Positions 24,850-37,737 of a DNA stretch of 64,000 nt are shown here, one piece after another; position 1 is the first letter of the stretch, and each line of letters starts with the position of its first letter. A model generated the notes under the pieces. That model saw nothing but the letters and a program-made list of their open reading frames with translations, made no database searches and was not told the DNA's origin. The stretch spans positions 68,510,001-68,574,000 of the forward strand of contig NC_058376.1 in the NCBI RefSeq assembly GCF_018350175.1, read 5' to 3'. The position numbers were made by a program, and so were the translations under genes. The DNA comes from Felis catus (lineage: Eukaryota).

Positions 24850-25123
24850 CCCCTCAGTTTCCATTTCTATATGAAAAGAGAGTGTATCAGAGCAGTGGCT
24901 TTCAGACTTTTTGACTGTATTTCCTAGTATTAATTTAAAAATACTTTTCATGGCAACCTGGTGCTATAAGTATACATGTAACTTCTATATACTTATAGTA
25001 AATAAGTTGACTAAGTAAATAAGCTGAAACCACAGTTTTACAAAACCATACTTTACCCTTACTACTTGCCATCTACTCTGCCAGATGTAGTATGCACTAT
25101 TTCGTTTTTCTATTTTGTTTTAT

Positions 25124-25328
25124 GTATGTATGTTTGTTTATATTTGAGAGAGAGACAGAGCACAAGCTGGGGAGGGGCAGAGAGAGAGGGAAACAGAACC
25201 TGAAGCAGGCTCCAGACTCCTAGCTGTCAGCACAGAGACCGATGCGGGGCCCAAACTCATAAGCCATGAGATCGTGACCTGAGCTGAAGTCGGATGCTTT
25301 AACCAACTGAGCTACCCATGCACCCCAG
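25124..25328 (-). mobile_element. Can-SINE
   Basis: TSD tctattttgttttat at 25109-25123 and 25329-25343. Confidence 0.93.
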
Positions 25329-25377
25329 TCTATTTTGTTTTATCCAGAAGTTACTGGTTTTTCCTATAACCCTCTAA

Positions 25378-25545
25378 TAGAGGGTCTGAAAACTATGGCC
25401 TGTGGGCTGTCCATCTTTTTTGGTAAGTTAATTTTTGTTGGAATAGATATATTCATTTGTTTATAGATTGTGGCTGCTTTCAAAAGCTAAGCAGAGTTAA
25501 TTAGTTGATAGTATGTTCTACAAAGCCTCAAATATTCTGCCTGGG
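25378..25545. mobile_element. MER58-like hAT fragment
   Basis: aaactatggcctgtgggc...tggctgctttc...gcagagttaattagttg...caaagcctcaaatatt. Confidence 0.55.
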
Positions 25546-25774
25546 CCACCCTGGAGTCTAACAGGTCCCAACCCACAGATTGAAAAACCCTGGAATACAG
25601 CCTATGTAAGGCCCCTAGAGCTGTGGCTCTGTGATCTGCATAATGCCCTTCAGAAAACTAAAGACTGGAGAGAGAGGGGCCATGTGTGGTGGGATGTAGG
25701 TGTGCCCTGGCCTGTCCGTGGCTTGGAGGAGTATCAGTGGCTATCATCCATCACCCCACAGTGGACTTCCTTCA

Positions 25775-27000
25775 CACACCCCAGGCCCCTTTCCCCTCTG
25801 GTAACCACTGAACTATGAGTTTGTTTTTGTTTTGTTTTGTTTTGTTTAGTTTTTAGATTTCACATGGAAGTAAAATGATAAGGTTTTTGTCTTTCTCCTT
25901 CTGACTTATTTCACTAGCATAATGCCCTCAGCGTCCATCCTTGTTNNNNNNNNNNNNNNNNNNNNNNNNNNNNNNNNNNNNNNNNNNNNNNNNNNNNNNN
26001 NNNNNNNNNNNNNNNNNNNNNNNNNNNNNNNNNNNNNNNNNNNNNNNNNNNNNNNNNNNNNNNNNNNNNNNNNNNNNNNNNCTCATTATCCATTCATCCA
26101 CTGATGGACATATAGGTTGTTTCCATATATTGGTTATTGTAAATAATCCTGCAATAAACATAGAGTGCATGTATCTTTTCAAATTAATGTTTTTATATTC
26201 TTCAGATAAATACTGTTCCAGTAGTGGAACAGCTGGATCATATGGGAGTTGTATTCTTAATTTTTTGAGGAATCTCCATACTGTTTTCATAGTAGTTGTA
26301 CCAACGTACGTTCCTACCAACAGTGTACAAGGGTTCCTATTTCTCCACATCTTCGCCAACACTTGCTATTTCTTTTTGATAAAATCCCTTCTGACAGGCG
26401 TGGCACACAATGATATATCATTGTGGTTTTGATTTGCATTTCCCTGATGAGTGATGTTGAACATCTTTTCATGTGTCTGTTGGCTCACNNNNNNNNNNNN
26501 NNNNNNNNNNNNNNNNNNNNNNNNNNNNNNNNNNNNNNNNNNNNNNNNNNNNNNNNNNNNNNNNNNNNNNNNNNNNNNNNNNNNNNNNNNNNNNNNNNNN
26601 NNNNNNNNNNNNNNNNNNNNNNNNNNNNNNNNNNNNNNNNNNNNNNNNNNNNNNNNNTGGAGGTATTCCCCTCCTTTTCAGTGTTTTGAAAGAGTTAGAG
26701 GAGAATAGATATTGAATCTTTGAATCTTTGAAAGAATTTATCAGTGAAGCTGTCTGGTCCTGGACTTTTGTTTTTGGCAGGTTTTTGATTACTGATTCAA
26801 TCTCATTGCTAGTAATTGGTCTATTCAGGTTTTCTGTTTCTTACTGATTTAGTCCTAGAAGATTATATGTTTCTAGGAATTTGCATATTTCTTCTAAATT
26901 ATCCAATTTTTTTTGGTGACTAATTGTCCATACTAGTCTCTTAGGATCCTTTGTATTTCTATGATGTGAGTTGTAACTTCTCATTTCAGTTCTATTTACT
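25775..27000 (-). mobile_element. L1 3'UTR and ORF2 fragments with two N gaps (25946-26081 and 26489-26657)
   Basis: minus-strand [21 protein letters not shown] and KSPGPDSFT are L1 ORF2-like motifs. Confidence 0.9.
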
Positions 27001-30000
27001 CTTGTAAGCCTGCCTTGAATCCCTTTTCTTGAGAAGTTCTTTGGACAAAGACCCCTCCCATTTCCACCTGAATGATCATGCCTCCCAAGATGGCTGCCCT
27101 TTTATGAGGTTCTGGTGGTTCTGTGGTTAGTTCACCATAACAATAGCCTGTCCCCAGCCCCTGTTGATTGCTGGGTATCCCCCTAACCCAGCCTCCTCTC
27201 AGATACCTTGCTGGCCTTAAGGGTGTGCCTGCCTATAGAAAGGAGGCCCTGGTGTCCTACTTCTAGTTAGATCAGGCTTTGCTCAGAATGGTCATGCACT
27301 TTAACCTTGGGTCATTCTCTTCTTTAATGTTCACTGGTTGGTTTCACGCCTTTTTGTTTCTCCTTGGAGGGATCTTATTAACTGCTTAGCTGTGAGTTGC
27401 TTCAGGAATTGTCCTGCCTACCCAGCCCCTTGAGGAGAGGGCCCCCTTTGGTTTATCTCAGAACCTTTCAGGATTCAATGTATGGGCTAGATGAGATTAA
27501 AACCGAGTATATGTCTGTATATAGTTCATGTCACAGGCAGGATCATGGTATAGTCGTGTGGGTTTCATTAAAATGACACTAGTCCATCACTTACAAAGGT
27601 GGTTCCCTAGCAGTTTGCGCTGGAATGTGTGTGCTATCTCCCCCACCCCTTTCCCAGGCTGTCTGGGAGGGTGCCCATCCTCCTCCCCATAGCAGGCAGA
27701 GAGGCATGCATAGTTATTACCTTTATATAATGGAAAGTGGGATAGAAGTTAGGTCCCTTGTTGGTGTCACAGAGCAGTTAATAGTCGAGAAGGGAGGATG
27801 AAAACTTGGAGCCGTTAAGTTCAAATTTGTGAAGGGGTCAGACTGGATGGCCTCCTGGGTCCCAGGTAACCTCAGGACTCTTTTGTTGTTGTTTTTGTTG
27901 AAACAGACGTGTGCTTTTTATTATACTAGTCCACTCAAGCCTTCATGGCCTCATAATTCAGCTTATTCCTGGAAACACACCAGTTCCCTAACTGGGAAGT
28001 CTTTTAGGACTCTGATCCTTTGATCATGTTCGGGGTGAATGAACCCAAAGGCAGTGGGAGGCTTTACTTGTGACAAGGAATCTGGGTCCCTGGGACCTAT
28101 TGTTTATTCAGTCGTGTTGACAGAATTAGTGAGAAAATAAAAGGGTGACCACTCTAACTTTCAGGGTTTGAGAGTGACAATTAGTCTTATCTCTTCCTGT
28201 GCCTCCTGGTTGAATCCATTGAAAGAGAGATTCAGATAGGGATCATGGTACCAGCTCTATTTTTGGTCAAGTTAAATTGGAAACTGGCTTGGCCTGTAGC
28301 TTCCTATTACTCTTCCATCACCTCTTCACCTCACTAACTTCTTCTCCCAGAGCTGCTGGGCTCCACCCATGGGGATTTGGGGGGGACATGAGGGTAATGT
28401 TGCTGCAGGCTGCAGACGGGCAGAGCTGGAAAAGAGACGCCACCCCTGTGGGAGTAGTTCATAAATTAAGCCCCTGACTGATGTGGCCCAGTGGGCGTCA
28501 GACTCCCACCATCTCATCAAGCCACTGAATAAAGAGTAGATGAACTCCAAGTGCACTCCCCCCTGCCCCCGACTTATTTTCCCTCCTGGGAGTGACATCC
28601 TCTGTCCCCTGTGGAGTGTTCCCCCACTGCAGACCTAGCAGGTGCAGACACTCAGGTCTTGTATTGACAGTGCCTTCCTTGCTGAGCGTCCGGCTCTGTC
28701 CTCCCAAGTGTTGGCTCTGCCCCTCAGCCTCCAGGGGAGACTCTGTGTCCACTCCATAGATGGGAAAGCTGAGGCTCAGACTACTCGCTCAGTCTTAGCC
28801 CAGGCAGCAGACAGTCAAGGGGAGACCTGGGTCTCATGCTCCCCAGAGCTGAGCATCTTGTTTGCTGTGTGCCCCCCGTTGTCCCTGCTGTGTGTCATCC
28901 ACCATGGAGCATGGGCACCTGGCTGGGTCGGCCTTGTTGTCCCTGTTTCCCTCCTCTGTGAGTGTTCCACCATGGGAACAGTGTCCCCTGACAAATGTCA
29001 CGTTCTTTTCTTCATGACACTTGGTGGGGATGGGGCTGTGTGTGGCAGCTGATGGAGAAAGGTGCATCTTGTCTTCTGAGGACAGATGCTGCGGGCTGTC
29101 CTTGCAACCATTCCCACACTCCTGAGTCCCCCTGAGTCTGAGCCTGAACTAATGGCATGAACCTAAGCCCAGGCTGGTGTGTGTACAGTGTGTGTCCGTC
29201 TGTCTGCTGGGCAGGAATGTCACAGGAGGACCATGGGCATTTGGGGAGTTCCATGTCAAAACCCCCTGCATCACATTTGGTCCAGCGGACTTGTGCTGGG
29301 GAGGTTCCTGTGGAACCTTGGACCTGCTCACAGTTCTCCAGTGTCTGTATCTGTCTGGCCCCGTGGGTGAGAGCACCTCTCCGATCTGTATTACTCTGCC
29401 CACAGTCTGCCAAGGTGTTAGCTAAACACGGATTAGAGCTTGTCCACCTACTGCTGCTTGGCCCTGTCCCCACTGTCATGTTGAGATGAGATCCAGCCTG
29501 ACACAGGGGTCTGGTCAGCTTTGGTGTCTACAGCCTTTAAGTGCATCTCAAAGCCTTTTTGCAGCAGAGCGGCTGTCAGAAAGAGTAACATCCTGACATG
29601 TCTGAATTCCTTATGTCTGAAGAAACTGGTACATGTGTCCTGTGGGATCACTATGGAAATGTGGCCTGCTCTGATCGATGCGGGGGCAGGGTGGGCGGAG
29701 AGGTTTTAAAGCAAGGTCGCTCTGAAGTAGTAGTGGATGTTTGGGGCCTGGCTATCTTGGCCCTGTGTCCCCCAAGGCTTGGGGGCCCTTCATCATCCCA
29801 GGAGAAGAGTGACCACAGAACCCCACAGAGGGTTGAGCCAGAGACATCACAGAATCCTCGATGTCAGAGCTGGAAGGGGCCTGAGGTTGTCTGCTCCAAC
29901 CCTCCTCATTTGCCAGAAGGAGCCATCACCCAGAGAGCCATGTCCAGGGCTACCACGCAGTGCATCCAGGGAAGACAGGCCCTCAGGTGTGCCAATCCTG

Positions 30001-30526
30001 GCCTGGTACGCCTCCTGCAAGGCCAGAGTCAGTATTTCACACCCAGCCCGTCTCCACTCACTGCCCAGTTATTCTTGTTGCTTAAGGGGCATGGAAATCC
30101 CAAGAGTCATTGTACCCGTGGTTGCACATTTTTCTTCCTAATGGCATCTGATTCAGGTTCATTTACAGTCCCTGACTGTGCTTTCCTGTCAACCTGTTCG
30201 GGTTCCCTGTATTCCTGTTGAACTCATGATCAGCCCTAAACTATTCCACGCTTTGACCTTCTCCAGCTGTGTCACATTTGCTTAGTCAGTCCCACATTTA
30301 TCGAGGGACTGCCGGGCTGTGTCGTGATCTACACTATCAAGATGGTAAGCTCTTTGGAGGGCAGGGCCTCTATTCCTTCTGTGTCCTCAGGGTCAGCAGC
30401 AGTCCTGCCCTTCTGCAGGTTGAATAAATGTTTGCTGGCAGAGGTTAGCCTGAGGGGAGGGAAGCCAGGGCATAGGGGTCCGGCACCCACCGTAACTGAG
30501 TTTGTTTCTCTTCTATCTGTGACCAG

Positions 30527-30594
30527 GGTGCAGCGTGTGCAAGAGGATAATGCCACATTTCCAGAAGGCCGCGACCCAGCTGCGAGGCCACGTT
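30527..30594 (+). CDS. PDIA5: PDIA5 exon 8 (68 nt): WCSVCKRIMPHFQKAATQLRGHV, first CXXC site
   Basis: gaccag| acceptor and GTT|gtgagt donor; completes the T|GG Trp codon. Confidence 0.96.
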
Positions 30595-33584
30595 GTGAGT
30601 GAGGCCCATGGGCCTGGCAGGGCTGGCCGCCTCCCAGACTTCTCCCTCTCACCTGGAGAGGCGGTGGGAGGAAGGGGCCTAGGGTGCAGGGAGAGGGCAG
30701 GTCTGCAAATCTCAAGGAGTCACCCTCCCGCTGCCCTGGGCATGTGACTCAGACCTGTTCTTGGTGGATGGCAAGAACTCCCCAGAGTTGCTGGGACCAG
30801 GAGAGTTCAGTGCTTCTCCAAGCAAGGCCAGTGATGAAATAACCAGGAAACCAGCAAGAAGCCCAGGTGGTATTGCTGGGTGGCCAGGGGCCATCAGCAG
30901 AGCATCAGGGCTCCAGAATTACTGGGGCTGGGCTCCAAAGCAGGCCAAGGCTCCTGGTGCTGGGCAGCCCAGTGACGGCAAAAGGGGCATGGTGACCAGT
31001 GGTGGGCCCAAAGCACAAGCAGATTCACGGGGAAGTTTCCTGCCAGGCTTACCAGGGATCTGTTTTATGTGGGGCTGGAGGAGCCGTGGAAACGACAGCA
31101 GAAAGAGGCAGTCCAGGTGGGGAGTCGGACACCCGAACTCGCAGGCGCTCTCTGAAGGAGAGTGTGCAGTGTGTGTGTGTGTGTGTGGGGGGCAGACAGG
31201 AGGCAGGGTTGTGTCAGGAGTGCCCATCTTTCAGGGACAGGAGGGGGAAGAGGAGCCGCTGAGGAAACGAGCCTCAGGAAGGAAGAACAACCAGGATGGT
31301 GCAGCAAGGGCGGGGGAGACTGGACAGTCAGACCTCACCAGGCTGAGGACCACTCACTGAAGGTCCCAGTCATCTCTGGGCAGCCTCCACCTGCCAGCCT
31401 TGTCTCTTCTGTGCCACGTGTCTGTCTAGTTTTTCGCATTCCCTGAGCCACACAAATACCGAGGGTTTTTTGTTTCGTTTTTGTTGGTGGTAACAGAAAA
31501 ATAACTGTTGGCCCCTCTAGGGAGCATGGAAAAATCCATATGCTTTTCATGAAAGGTTGTGGGGAGGAGAGCCATCACCATGGTGGGGCTGGCCAAAGTC
31601 CCACTAAGGGAGTTCTGATTTCTTAAAACTGAATCATGATCTTTACAGATCAAATGAAGTTGGTGATTAGTTCAGAGTCAATTTAAAAAGTTTACATGGG
31701 CATGGTGACACAGCCCTGCTAGCCTAGCCCGCTACAAGCCTGGGTTGTAAAGAACCAGTGCTTTCTCTTTTGACCTCATTCTGGGGCAATGCCAAGGTCC
31801 TGCTTGTTTATCACTAATGAATTTTTAGCAACTCACCTGGAGATGTTTGGCCTCGGGGCACACATACATCACTTGGGGGAAGTTTCACTTCGCATTTTGG
31901 GGCCTTAATAGATAGCATATATGACGATTATTTCGCCTGGAGAAAAGACTTAATTATCCAGTGTTCTCCCTACTCATAACTCGCATACCCTTAGAAAACT
32001 TCTCCACTCAACTTCCTAACTCTGTGGTGCGGTGGAAGTTAAATAGCTCCAGCCCCAGTCACATCACAAATACCTGGCCAGCCCCACCAAAGCAGGTAAG
32101 GTCTTGGTGCTATTCTTGTGCACCTTCTGGAAGGTTCCCAGCCAATGCTGCATCTCCCTGCTAAACTCAGTGTTCCAGTCCCTTCCATGCTCCCATAGAG
32201 TTTGTCCTTGCCGTGCATAGCCAGGTCTGCTCATCTTTGCTTGTATTCCAGATCACTTCCTTCACCAGTTGCTACTAATTATAGTATGATTTTCTCACTG
32301 TAGTGTGAGCTTCTTGAGCACTGGGACACTCTTTGGTTCACATCTGTTTCTTCAACACAGAGCACAGGGCCAAGCTTGTGGTACCCCATACATACGGATA
32401 AGTGAATGAATGAATGTGTGGCTTATCACTCTTGAGCACGTTTTATTTTAAGCTCGGTATTTACACTAAAAATGTTTCTCTTTTTGAAGGAATTCAGAGC
32501 ATCAGTTATTAAGGAAAGAGACAAAGTGGGAAGGATGTTTGTGAGCTCTGAGGGCTTGCCCCTTGGCCCTGGGCTCATACTATGCTCTTTCTCAAGATTA
32601 TCCCTGAAGATTATTTGTGTTAAGGGTAGTTGGTTCCAAAAAAGGAAACAACAACAACAGCAGTGCCTGCCTTTCCTGCCTGCACCCAGGTCAAGAAACA
32701 TAAAAAGTGACCCTCCCAGTTCCCTAGACAACGTTACAGAAAACTCAGTGGGATCGTCTGAGTACCTGGAGAGCCTGGCTGGTCAAGCCCAGCTTTGCCA
32801 GGTGTTAGTTACCTTGGCCTAAGGCATCTGTTTGTATGAACACATTCATTTCCTTCTGTATTTTCTCGCTTGGGGTATGTTTTGTTCTGTTTCTTAGGAA
32901 AGCACCTTTTGAAAGTTCTCACCCTTTCCCCACTCCATAAATAGGGAAAGGTCTGGCCATATAGACACCACCTTCTGCGAGAGGCCTCTGGAGGCCAGGG
33001 CTCATGGTGCAGCCACAGCTCCCCAGAGAGGGTGACTGGAAGCATGATTCCTTTCCGTCCGCACACGCAGGGCAGAGGTGGGCTGCCCCCGGAAATCTAA
33101 AGCCTACCCCTCACCACTGCTGAGACCTAGCTGGACTGGCACCTCGTCTCCTCTTCATCTCTGTCGTCCACGAACCCTTTCTGGCTAGCCCATGTCTGTG
33201 GCAAGGGTCAGAAACCTTCCTCCTCTACAGATTTCTTGGGAGGTGTCCAACTTGATGATGTCATGAAGATGTAAGCCAGGCCGGATCAGGGATGCTCAGC
33301 CTTTGCCATTTTCCAAACTCAGTTCTGCCTCTCTTTTGCTGTCATTAATGTCTGGTGAATCATCGGTGTCTGTCCCACCTATCCCTGCTAATTGCCATCC
33401 TCGTCAGCAGCCGTTGCTGCTCCCTGTCTCAGAGCAGCTGTCGGAGTGAGCCTGTCCCCATCTGCTTCCTCTTCCCAGCTTTGCTAGTTACTGAGGTCCA
33501 CGCTGAGTCTTTTGTTTCTCTTGGCCATGATGGGCCATCTAGATGTAAACACCATGACATGGGGTGGTCATGGTGATAGACCTG

Positions 33585-33770
33585 TGCACATCAGACTCTG
33601 GATCTGGCTCTTACTAACCGGCGAGGAGATCTTGGGCAAATAGGCTCGGAGTCTCTGTTTCCCTATCTGTAAAATGATATGATAACGCAAACCCCGCCCA
33701 CCTCACTAGGTTGTTGTGAAGAGCAAGTGGCTGGTGTGTGGAAACAGCTCTGTGAGCTACAGACACTTCA
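33585..33770 (+). mobile_element. MIR
   Basis: gatcttgggcaa...tctgtttccctatctgtaaaatg...cctcactaggttgttgtgaag. Confidence 0.7.
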
Positions 33771-35049
33771 TAGACACACTTCCTATTTGTACTTCCCATT
33801 CCTCCCACTCACTAAATGAGGGTGCTCCCAAGATTCTGCCTTTTCAGCTTCTTTTCTTATTAGGACCAAGGGCTTGGCACCGTGCTTTCCTTGTTGTGAT
33901 GGCCTCTCCCTCGGTGATTTTATCTACATCCATAATTTCAACAAAATGTAGCTCCATGGAGCCTGAGACCCTGAGCTCCAGTATCATGTATCAGATTCCC
34001 TGCTTGACATCTTGGTCTGGATTTTTCTCCCTGTGTCCCAAATGCAGAATGTCTAAAATAAAATTCAGTACCTTTCCATCCAGCAGACTGGCAGCTTTCT
34101 TTCATGACTTCCCAAGTACCCCAGGCTGCGCTGACAACGTGCCTTTCTGCCAGAGCATCATCACACATCTCTCTTCCTCACACCCTCTGTCCTCTCCCTG
34201 CCTGCCATCCTGGGTCAGGCCCTGGTTAGCCCACACAGAGTGGTTGCCGAAGGCTGCTGACTTCTCTCCCTGACCCACGACTCGCCCCTTACAGCTTGAC
34301 CTGTTTACATTTTTTTTAAAAAAGAAAAGAATGCAGCTGGAAAACCCTCCAGTACCTCTTGAACAAAGTCCTGGTTTCTTAGGCACGAGAGCCTTTTCCA
34401 GAGTGAGTTCACTGAACCTGTCCAGCCTTCTCTTCCTGCCCCCTTCTGTGTCCTACAGTCCAGTTAAACCAGCATATATTCCCTACCTCTTGGGCTGCAT
34501 CTTGTTTTGTCTTGCTTCCACGTTCTCTTTCTGGAATGTCTGTGGAAATCTCACTCTCCCTTGAGCACCAGCTCATGTGTTGTCTGCTCTGTGAAGCATC
34601 CATGATTGTTCCTGTCAGAACACGGGCTGAACATGAGGCAGAACGGGTCGCGCTAACCGAACGGCACCGGCACATGTGGCTCAGGGTCAGGTGTTGTGGC
34701 CGTAACTTTTAAGCCGAGGCCAGTTTTGCCTCAGTTGGCTTTCCAGACTCCAAAAAGTGTACGTAGTTGTTCAAAAAATATTTATCTCATTAATAAATGC
34801 CCCCAAGTGGTACAAGAGTGCTACAAAAACCCAGAGAGTTGAAAGTTCATCACAAGCAAAGGTGGTTTGGAAAGGCTGTCTGGAAGGTGGGATTGGATTT
34901 GCCTTACAGGATGAATAAGTCTTCTGTAGTAACTGAGAGATGGGACGTGGGCATCCTAAGCAGAGGGACGAGAAGACAAAATGTCAGGGCCAGGGGAGCA
35001 CAGCATGTGCAGAGTTCAGAGCTGCTTCGTAGTATTGATGAAAACAGCT

Positions 35050-35245
35050 GGCATGTTCTGAGTGCTGTAGTTACGCTGCTTGTACTATCTCATTCAGTCT
35101 TCACAGCAGTCATAAGAGGTGGTTACAGATGAGGAAACTGGCACAGAGGCATCTGACTTATTCAAAGAAATGTGTCTACTAAGTGAGGAGTTAGGGCTCG
35201 GACCCAACATCATGACGCCTGAGCCTAGGCTCCTGGCCACTGTGG
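35050..35245 (-). mobile_element. MIR
   Basis: tctcattcagtcttcacagc...ttacagatgaggaaactggcacagag. Confidence 0.65.
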
Positions 35246-35819
35246 TATATTACCCATCTGCAAGGTGCCTTAGACGGAGATCGGTCCAACTTCCTCCCTG
35301 TGCAGAGATCTCAGACTTTCCAATTCCTGGGAGAATCATAAACCTAGACTCTAGCAGGTGTACAATTAAGGGTTTTGTAAGAAAGAAGAATTCAGAAATG
35401 AGATAGGGACTGTATGATCTTTGAGCGTGCAGTTAGATTCTAGCTCATATTTAGTGGAATTGAAAGGTTTTGTGCAGGGAAGTGATGTAATGAAAGAGGA
35501 GGATGTGGAAGATTAATCTCATGGTGGATGTGCACTGACACTAGGGAGATCAATTAGAATAAAAAAAGAACTTTAAAGTAGACAATTATTACTGGAACAG
35601 GCTGCTGAATCAGTCTGGGGAAATGAACAGAATGGCTTTTAGAGGGTTCCAGGTCTTCTAGTAAGTTCTATTTCAGACTAATTCTCCCTGTATTCCTTGC
35701 AACATCCCACAAATGAGCTGGGGGGGGGTGTGTAGAAATTGGAGATTTAGTAAACATTGTGTGCTTACTGTATGCCAGGCATTGTGCTAGGTACCTAAAA
35801 CAGTTGGAAAGACATGGTT

Positions 35820-36032
35820 AATGTTTTTTATTTATTGCGAGAGAGAGAGAGAGAGCGAGCGTGCAAGCACACATATATGCATGTGCAGAGGGAGAGGGAG
35901 GGAGAGAATCCCAAGCAGACTCCACGCTCAGTGCAGAGCCTGATTCAGGGCTTGATCCCACAACCATGAGATCATGTCCTGAGCCGAAATCAAGAGCTGG
36001 ACATGCAACAGACTGAATCACCCAGGCGCCCC
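35820..36032 (-). mobile_element. Can-SINE
   Basis: tttttatttatt(GA)n...gaatcccaagcagactcc...tgaatcacccaggcgcccc; flanks gaaagacatggtt / gaaagacttgttt. Confidence 0.9.
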
Positions 36033-36345
36033 AGAAAGACTTGTTTAGATGCCTCTAGGGATGGTGCTGCCAGAGGCTTTCATCACCAGGAGGATTGGTA
36101 GGAAGTCAAGAACTTGACGATTGTTCAACATCAGTCCTGTGCTGAACCTCTGACCTGGGTCACCTGGTTCAGTTCTCTTAAGAGCCCTGTGATATTCCCA
36201 TCGCCCATGTCTTCCACACAAGGAGCCTCAGGGAGGGTAAGTGACTTGCCCAAGGCCACATGATTCCTAAGTGGACACAGTCTTCTGAATCAAGTTTCTT
36301 GTCCACTGAGACTATTGTCGTTTTTCTTGTCCTATGCTTCCTTCT

Positions 36346-36463
36346 TTGTTTTTTTAATTTTATTTTTTTAATTTACATCCAAGTTAGTTAGCATCTAGTG
36401 CAACAATGATTTCAGGAGTAGATTCCTTAGTGCCCCTTACCCATTTAGCCCATCCCCCTCCCA
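36346..36463 (-). mobile_element. Severely 5'-truncated L1 insertion (~120 nt, 3' end only)
   Basis: T-rich tail plus atccaagttagttagcat...gatttcaggagtaga...cccatttagcccatccccctccca; TSD tcctatg(c/t)ttccttct at 36330-36345 and 36464-36479. Confidence 0.85.
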
Positions 36464-37480
36464 TCCTATGTTTCCTTCTATATTGTTCAGCAAAATGAGC
36501 TTCCCGTGTTTCTTCTCTCTGCCTCTATAACTGCTCCTGGCTTTTTGAAGTCCCCTTCCCTTTTCCTCCATGCTGCCCTGCTTTGTGGAACAGCCTTCCT
36601 GTATCTGGCCACTCTATCTTCATTCTCCTTAGAAGAACAGATTCAAAGTCCTTTCCGGGCACCTGATCCTGCCCTAGAAAAGATTACTGCTTCAGGGAAG
36701 GAGTTTTAGAGGACTCTGGGTTGTTCTTAGTATTTAGCCCTGTTGTCAGTAACACAGCTACTAAAATTCTCCTTTCCCAGTTAGAAGTGTTGGATATGGG
36801 GACCCCTGCAACCAAAAAAATGTTCAAACTTTGAAGATGGTACAATCAGGCTGTAGGCGATGCTTACAAACAGGAGGAGAGAGGTGGGGAATCTGGGAGT
36901 CTGGAGGGAGGAGAGTCAGGCAGATGGATTGTACAAGAGCCACACTCTCTCCCTGGCCACGTACAAGCTGTGAGGTCCAAGAACATTGCACACAAAGCCT
37001 GGGTGGACAGACTGAGGACAGGCCATGAGGATGTTGTGGGGTGGCTGAGCAGTGACTGTAACTTAAGAGAGGAGTGAAACCTTAGTTGACAGGGGCAGGG
37101 AGGAGGCATAATGTTTTTTTGGATGGCAGCAGCCCCACTCTAGGACCTGCTTGAACTTGGTGGCAAAGCCACCTGTCTTCCTCAGCCCTCAGAACTTGGG
37201 TTTCACTCTGGGATAGCCACCCCGCAGGCAAGTAAAGGGAATGCCTGTACAGAGGGTGCCACCTGACCCAGGCCCCATGTCTTCCAGAGCTCTCAGCCCT
37301 CATTCCCAGCTGCATTAGCTTCCCATGCTCCCCCCTCTGCCCAGGGCTGCACGTCAGTTTGTGAGGCTTTGTCCCCTTCATCTGTTTCTGGTGGGATAGA
37401 CAGATAAGCTGTGCTTGGCAAGGTGGGGATGTTGTCTGTGGGGCAGAGGGCCAATAGGCCTGTTCTCCCTTTGCTCCTAG

Positions 37481-37572
37481 GTGCTGGCTGGGATGAACGT
37501 CTACCCCTCGGAATTTGAAAACGTCAAGGAGGAGTATAATGTGCGAGGCTACCCCACCATCTGCTATTTCGA
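37481..37572 (+). CDS. PDIA5: PDIA5 exon 9 (92 nt): VLAGMNVYPSEFENVKEEYNVRGYPTICYFE
   Basis: ctcctag| acceptor and GA|gtaagt donor; thioredoxin cis-Pro motif GYPT. Confidence 0.96.
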
Positions 37573-37665
37573 GTAAGTCTCCTGCCTCCCTTCTGACGCT
37601 CGCTCCCCTCCATGGTGGCATTTGCATCCCTGGCTGAGCCGACATTGTCTGTCCACATTTCACAG

Positions 37666-37737
37666 GAAAGGACGGTTTCTGTTCCAGTATGACAACTATG
37701 GGTCCACAGCTGAGGACATTGTGGAATGGCTGAAAAA
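37666..37737 (+). CDS. PDIA5: PDIA5 exon 10 (72 nt): KGRFLFQYDNYGSTAEDIVEWLKN
   Basis: ttcacag| acceptor and AA|gtaagt donor; follows a 93-nt intron. Confidence 0.96.

Noticed and set aside
20949-26715. ORFs containing X runs
   Set aside because: Artefacts of N gaps within L1/SINE relics.
29598-31360. Long ORFs of about 200 aa (29598-30221 and 30761-31360), plus similar ones at 33716, 54320 and 60126
   Set aside because: No recognisable domains, mostly non-ATG starts, GC-rich intronic or repeat DNA; expected by chance.
37082-37663. 193-aa antisense ORF overlapping exon 9
   Set aside because: Shadow of the coding exon and GC-rich intron; no independent gene signals.
37573-37665. In-frame retention of the 93-nt intron 9 (or the 249-nt intron 4)
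   Set aside because: Lengths are multiples of three, but phase-2 gtaa donors create an immediate TAA stop.
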